A stretch of DNA of 62,863 nucleotides, filler included, from Conidiobolus incongruus B7586 (lineage: Eukaryota): NCBI GenBank assembly GCA_000697335.1. It is 6 parts of 6 records of this genome, joined end to end, with 100 filler letters (N's around TTAATTAATTAA, not from the genome) between each part and the next. Parts side by side here need not be neighbours in the genome. Positions count along the whole stretch, not along the records: positions 56,752 to 62,863 come from JNEM01006489.1; 5 more parts are not named here. One strand, written 5' to 3'. Position 1 is the stretch's first letter, and each line of letters starts with the position of its first letter. The translations under genes were made by a program, and so were the position numbers. The notes beneath the pieces are model-generated. The model saw nothing but the letters and a program-made list of their open reading frames with translations, did not search any database and was not told the origin of the DNA. Positions 56,752 through 62,863 of this stretch are shown piece after piece.

Positions 56752-57113
56752 AATCTAAAGCTTTAAAAAACTTTCTAATTAAAAATAACTGGAAAGAACT
56801 ACCACATCTAGTATATTCCCCTGATTATAACCCATGTGATTATAATTGCTTTGGGCAATTAAAAAACCAGCTTGCAGGAAAGAAAATTTCTGCAGGAAAA
56901 TTTAATTGGTTTGTGAAACATCAAATTTCAGTCCTTAATAAAAAGAACTGTTTTTTAGGTGTTAGAAGTTTGCCAAAAGTATAGCAAAAAGTTATTAATA
57001 ATAAAGGAAACTATTAAATTTATTTTATATATTTATTTTTATATATCATATATTCAAATGTTTATTTATTTTTAATTGCAAAAAATTCCCATTATTAAAA
57101 ATACAGAGTAATA
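56752..57113 (+). mobile_element. Least-mutated mariner copy (3' part)
   Basis: NWKELPHLVYSPDYNPCDYNCFGQLKNQLAGKK, matching the mariner YSPDLAPxD motif. 3' TIR-like sequence. Abuts a gap. Confidence 0.88.
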
Positions 57114-57649
57114 TATAATTATTAAAGAATCAAGATTTATTTTATTTAAAATATAAATTAAAAAATATATAAATTTAAAAAAATTAATAAAAAATCTCAA
57201 TATATATATAGTATTATTTCAAATTTTTTTATTTTTATAAAAATTATATAATTTTAATTAATTTAAATATTTAAAACATATATATGAAATTATTTCAAAA
57301 AAATAATATAAATTTATATATGGAATATTAAATTTGAATAAAAAATTTAAAATATAAATATTAAATATTTGCAAAAAATATACTCAAAAATAATTGATAT
57401 TAAAAATAATATCTATTCTATATAGCTTAATCACTTTATACTATATATTGGAGATTATATTTATATTTAATTTTTTAAAAAATTTTATTATATAATAACT
57501 AGGGTAATAAAGCACTAAATTATTAAAGCTAATATATAAAATAAATACATTAAACAATTTCAGTTTTTAATAAGATTAGTATTTTATATTTATTGGTTTT
57601 TAATAAAGTATTAAATAATTGTCTAATTTATATATAATCTTTACGAAAA

Positions 57650-59570
57650 TTCTAAAGTACTTAGAAATTGGGCATTATAAATAATTGAATCAAATATTGT
57701 TAAAGTCATAATTTTATTTAAAACTATTTTAGCCATAAATACCTACTTCAATTTGAAGTTTTTTACATTTGATCTAGATAAGCTTAAATATTATAGAGGT
57801 CATTCAAATCAAGATTTTGAATTGACTTATTCTTTAATAAACATTGTTTATCTAAAAAAATTACAATATAACATTCATAAATTTTCATTACCGTTTTATA
57901 TTTCTTAATATTTCATAAAGTGATTATAATTATTTTATGTAATTGATATTGATTAAATTGTTGAATATCATATTTCACTCCCTTGAATCATTACAATATC
58001 TGATTTTATTTTATCATTTATGTAATCGATGCTATTCCAACAATTAATCAATTTTGGAATTTCTATAAAGTAATGGAATCATTCTACTAAAATTATCATT
58101 AATCCTATTAATAATTAAAATTGAATAATGTTGAAAATAATTTGATTGAATTGAATATTATCGATGAAGCGAGAGATTGGAAAACAGTTGACAGTTACAC
58201 TTTAAATATCATTGCGATATATATCCTTAAAAGTTGACTGACGAGTATTGAGTTGACATGTAAGCAATGGTAAAAGTTGACAATACCTCTAATTTATGTA
58301 AAAATCAACATTCAAAAGCTAAATTATTTGGGACTTAATTTTAACATTAAGCACAAATTAAAATTTGTCCAGGGAATAATATCTACCATCTCTTCTCAAT
58401 ATATTTTGGATCTTCACTATCTCATTGAACATTGTCCCAATATAAATTACATTGTGCTTGATATTATGCTCAATATGAATCATTAAAAGCTGGATGAGTT
58501 TCTATTTCTTTGCTCAATTTTATCCTAATTTTCCACTGACTGGCGCTCAGTCGCCAAAGGTTTTGTCATCTCTGGAGTTTTTTATACTGTTCAATAATAC
58601 GGAATTATTGAAAAAATAAAAGAGCTTCGCATTTTGAGAATTAATTGCTTCGATTAAGGTGGTAATCTATTTATCAATACTTCATTGCTGAAAAAGTTAT
58701 CTATCTTTAACTTACAGCTGTAACAAACTTTAGAATTAATACATGTTGAAACCTCGTTCAATTACTTAAATTTGAATACTAATTCCAAACTAAACATTTA
58801 AATCAACTCTTTCTCATTCTCATAATTATCTCCTATCCCAAAGAACTCTTGATTAAATTCATGGCACTTAATACCGAAAAATATCTGTTTACAGCTCCCA
58901 TTCGCATTGATACACTGATAGAGCATTTCAATTTTGATCATTTGACCAAATTTCAATTGCAATACTTGTGTATGTTATGAATTTCATGAGTCAGTTTGTC
59001 ATTCTTCAGTTTGATTTTCTGTTGATATTTCATAGTACGTGTACAAAATTAGCACATTTAACATTACATTTTAATTTGGATTTATTGACGCAGTTGAGTC
59101 TTCAATGCACCAATTTGTTGAGGATATTGATTGGACCGAGTTTGCTAATCATAACTCCCAGATTCTCTTGTCTAATCAGCTTTTCATAATTTTGTGTGAC
59201 TACTTTAAGAATGTATGGAATGCAGATGTAATTCAATCTATTTCTCCTAATGTTATTAATCCAAATATCAGAGAACACTAGTAAAGTGATACTTTGCACC
59301 ACCACTCGCGCAAACTATTTTCCAAAGTGAACACACTCGCAATCAATGGAGCTATACTCAATATCAACTAAATTCCAACGCACATTTTCAGTTCCCAAAA
59401 TCACATGAAGTATATCTATATCTCTCGCCTCGAGAACAACCCTTACAAACTTATTCAATTTATTCAATCTACTATCAATATTCAAATTGAAATTTATAAT
59501 ATTAGTATGGTCTGGCTACCACAGGCAAGGCCACAATGCAAGTAATTTAGTATATCACAACTTCAGCGAT
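57650..59570 (+). pseudogene. Possible decayed F-box/LRR(RNI)-like gene
   Basis: Broken frames with LRR-like periodicity (LHYLIEHCPNINYIVLDI; FHSTCTKLAHLTLHF; LSLQCTNLLRILIG). Boundaries approximate. Confidence 0.4.
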
Positions 59571-59955
59571 ATCAAGGTATTTATAGATTGTAAATTTAAT
59601 GAATGTAGTTAATTTGAAATGAAATTGTTTGAATATCAAATAAATAAAGGATATATTTTTTTAAAAAAATTTTGAAATGAATAATAAATTTGGTTACATT
59701 TTTAAACCATGCAAATGAACTAATTAAATCAAGAAACCTGTTGATTCTTTTAGAATTGATATCCCACAATTTCAACCATTTTATCTAACATTAAATTACT
59801 TCACAATTCTTATTCACCAATCACAAATTATATTTTTAAAATAAAAATATATATATTTATATATATATATAGAAATCATCTCTAACCAAATCATATAAAT
59901 ATAATTTCAATTCTAACATTAAGAATTTTATATTTAAAAACATAATCTATTAAAA

Positions 59956-60400
59956 ATGCCTTTATACGAATGTTTATTAATTACTCGTATGAATTTGGAA
60001 ATTGTAAGTACATTATCTTAAATAATATTAAAAAAAATATTAATAATTTATTATTTATTTAGCCAGCTTTAGCTTCTATTCTCAAACAAACATGTACTCA
60101 AATTTGGAAACAACAAGGAGTCGTTCGTAAAGTTACTAATTATGGCTCTTTTCAGCTTCCCCATAAAATTAAAAAGAATCAGATGATATTTACTCATGGA
60201 CAGTAATAATAATAATATCTTTAATTTATTTAATATTAAATACTAATTTCAATAATAGAAAAATAGTTATGCATTTCGATTCAAATCCTTTTACTTTAAC
60301 AGATATTAGAAGTCAGTTAAAAGCTGATCCTAGAATTATTCGATTTGGTATTGTTAAATTGGGTGATAATTTACCTAGCTTAGTTCAAGAGCTTTCTTAA
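59956..60400 (+). CDS. MRP17: Mitochondrial ribosomal protein bS6m
   Basis: Three exons, absent from the ORF track: MPLYECLLITR...GVVRKVTNYGSFQLPHKIKK...HG...MHFDSNP...LKADPRIIRFGIVKLG. Confidence 0.93.
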
Positions 60401-60926
60401 ATTATATTAGTACAATAAAAATTAAATTTAAAATTAATAGATTTATTATTGATATAAACTAATATCAATCCTTTTTCCTCAGTTGAAAAGTATAGTATAG
60501 AAATTAGTTTTAATAATTATTTGAAAAATATTTATGAGTTTCAAATTATTGTATTTTTATTTTGAATCTTTGAACTATATTCACAATTCAATTAATATTA
60601 ATATTGATATTAAATTCAATTTTTTCTAATTAAGATGAATATTAAAATTATTTAATATATAATATATTATAGGATTTATCATAAATCTTTTTAAATTCGT
60701 GTTATTTTTTCTCTTTTATTCTTACTAATAATAGTTTGAATTAAATCTTAAATCTTTAACACATATATTAAAACAATATAAATTTAATAAAAAATTTAAC
60801 ATATAAAAGAATATAATTACTCGAATAAAATTAATAAAGATTCCAATTGGTATTTATTAACTAATAATTTACCTATATCTACCAATTTACCTAGAACACC
60901 TATCATAAACTCTCTAAGTTTATCAA

Positions 60927-61433
60927 TTAATTCCCGAACTGATTAAATTTCGTCACTAAACTTTTATTCTTATTGATGAAATTTTCATAATTTTGTATAG
61001 TTTCTGACTTCAATTGAATTTTGTTTTTTAAAATATTAATTTTCTATTAAAAATATTAGATAAAAAATATGATAAAAATCTAATCCTAATTACTTGATCT
61101 ATTAAATCTTGATCATTTTGTAAATAAGTATCTCTCAAATTGATTAATTGAGTCTCTAATTGAGCCATATCTTTGGAGAATTTTTCGATACCTTTTAATC
61201 CTAATTCTAATCAATAGTGTTATGAGTTTGTCATTAATATTGATATAATAGAAATTCATACCTTGAGGTAGCACATTCATCTCACTGATTTCTCTGTTAG
61301 TATTTTCATTAATATTGAAGTTATAATTTTCGGTATTGTTATTATTGTCTATATCTTCTAATTGAAGAAGATTTTTTATAGATTGGTATAAACTGTTTTT
61401 GATTTGTTCTACTTCTCTTTCCATTTTTTTCAT
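60927..61433 (-). CDS. Coiled-coil protein, probable Mediator subunit MED28-like
   Basis: Three exons joined by two GT-AG introns give ...GIEKFSKDMAQLETQLINLRDTYLQNDQDLIDQKINILKNKIQLKSETIQNYENFI..., which follows the MED28 core pattern as I recall it. Confidence 0.55.
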
Positions 61434-62299
61434 TAAATTGGTAGCTAATTAATTTGATTGGGATTATAGTGACTTATTTATTTTAAAGATAATTATGGGA
61501 TTTTAGTATTAATTCAAATAATATGTAGAAAATCTATTTTATATTTAGTGAAATAAAAACATTAATTTATTATTTTAATCATAATTTAATATATATTAAT
61601 ATATAGTTCTTATTTACTTAAATAAATCGCAATTGGTATGCTCTATTATTCCTGTATATTTTCGAATAATAAATTTGATATAAAACTGATTGTTAAATAT
61701 TTTATTCAATTGAGGATTGATGAAAAAATTATAAAATTGGATTAATTGAATTTTTAAACATTAAAATACATTTACTATATTTTAATGAGAAACTTGATTA
61801 TAAAGATTTTCATTTTATCTTTTTCTAATTAAATGAATGTTTTCAAATCTAAAATTATACAAATGAGTGTGCGAAGATTATTACACCTTGAACTAAAATT
61901 TATATTCACAAAATATAATTAATATATATTAATTATAAATTTATCAATGACATATATATTATTATTAAAATACATTGGTTTTTAAATTGTATTATTGGTC
62001 TAAATGCTATGTAAAATGTGTAAGTTAATTTTGTTACCCTTCAATTAAATTATATTGAATTAATCAAAGAAATTATCAACTAAAATAGTTTCATCAATAT
62101 TCAAATTTTTTGTAATGATATTTTGTCAAATTTTGGTCAATATAATTTCTAATGATAATATATTGTGTTTTTTAATAATTTCATTGAGCTATTTTTCACT
62201 ATTGTGTTTTAAATTTTATTTTATTTTTATTTTATAATATATATAATATGAATTTTGGTAATTAAAAAAGAATAAATATATTTTATATAGTATATAATA

Positions 62300-62863
62300 T
62301 ATAAATATTAATATATAACTTAAAATTATAATTCTTTTTTATTATTAATAACCTTTATCAAATTTTTAGCAAACTTCTAATACTTAAAAAATAGTACTTT
62401 TTATTGAAAAGTTAAATTTGATAATTTATAAATTAATTAAATTTTCTTGCAAAAATTTTCTTTCCTATAAATTGGTTTTTTAATTACCCAAAGTAAGTAT
62501 AATTATTTGGGGTATAATCTAAGAAATATATTAGATATAATTTTTTTAATTGTTTTTTATTAAATATTTTTATATTATTAGCTTTATATATATTATATTA
62601 ATTATTTAAATTAATATGGTTTTTAATTTATATTAATAAAATTAATTATAATAGTTTTATATAAAAATAATATAAAATTTATTATTAATTAATTGTTTTA
62701 AAAATTATATTAAAATAACTATATTTTTATAATATATTATAATATTTATAATATATTTATCAATATAGTATTTATTTAAAAAAATTTATAAAGTGGATTT
62801 TTTTAGCTTAATTTAATCTTATGATTTATATTTTAATAAAATATATTAAACAAGGATTGAAAA
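62300..62863 (-). mobile_element. Degenerate mariner, 3' part, running off the window end
   Basis: Reverse complement of 62340-62540 matches the transposase C-terminal coding region of the 56752 copy. Confidence 0.72.

Overview
Very AT-rich eukaryotic scaffold with short GT-AG introns and five 100-nt gap linkers. Gene content and composition suggest an early-diverging fungus, plausibly Conidiobolus-like Entomophthoromycotina (inference). Housekeeping genes, several missed or fragmented by the ORF track: mitoribosomal S16 and S6, a membrane DnaJ protein, an SRPK kinase, AP-1 sigma, ALG6, SEC12 and a probable Mediator MED28-like gene. Accessory genes: a membrane-anchored UGT, a GST locus (two near-identical inverted genes plus a pseudogene) and five secreted Cys-rich proteins, four of them in two paralog pairs. 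Intergenic DNA is a transposon graveyard: at least 7 copies of one DD34D mariner family, a complete PIF/Harbinger element, and several solo LTRs with TSDs. Strongest new signals: (1) an oriented (T/A)CCCA(T/C)AA element upstream of all eight housekeeping genes, not seen upstream of the accessory genes; (2) RIP-like C>T/G>A hypermutation of DNA transposons that spares a tightly linked near-identical GST duplication; (3) an unrecognised 4-Cys secreted domain; (4) a hairpin-dense ~850-nt ncRNA candidate; (5) a MED28-like gene.
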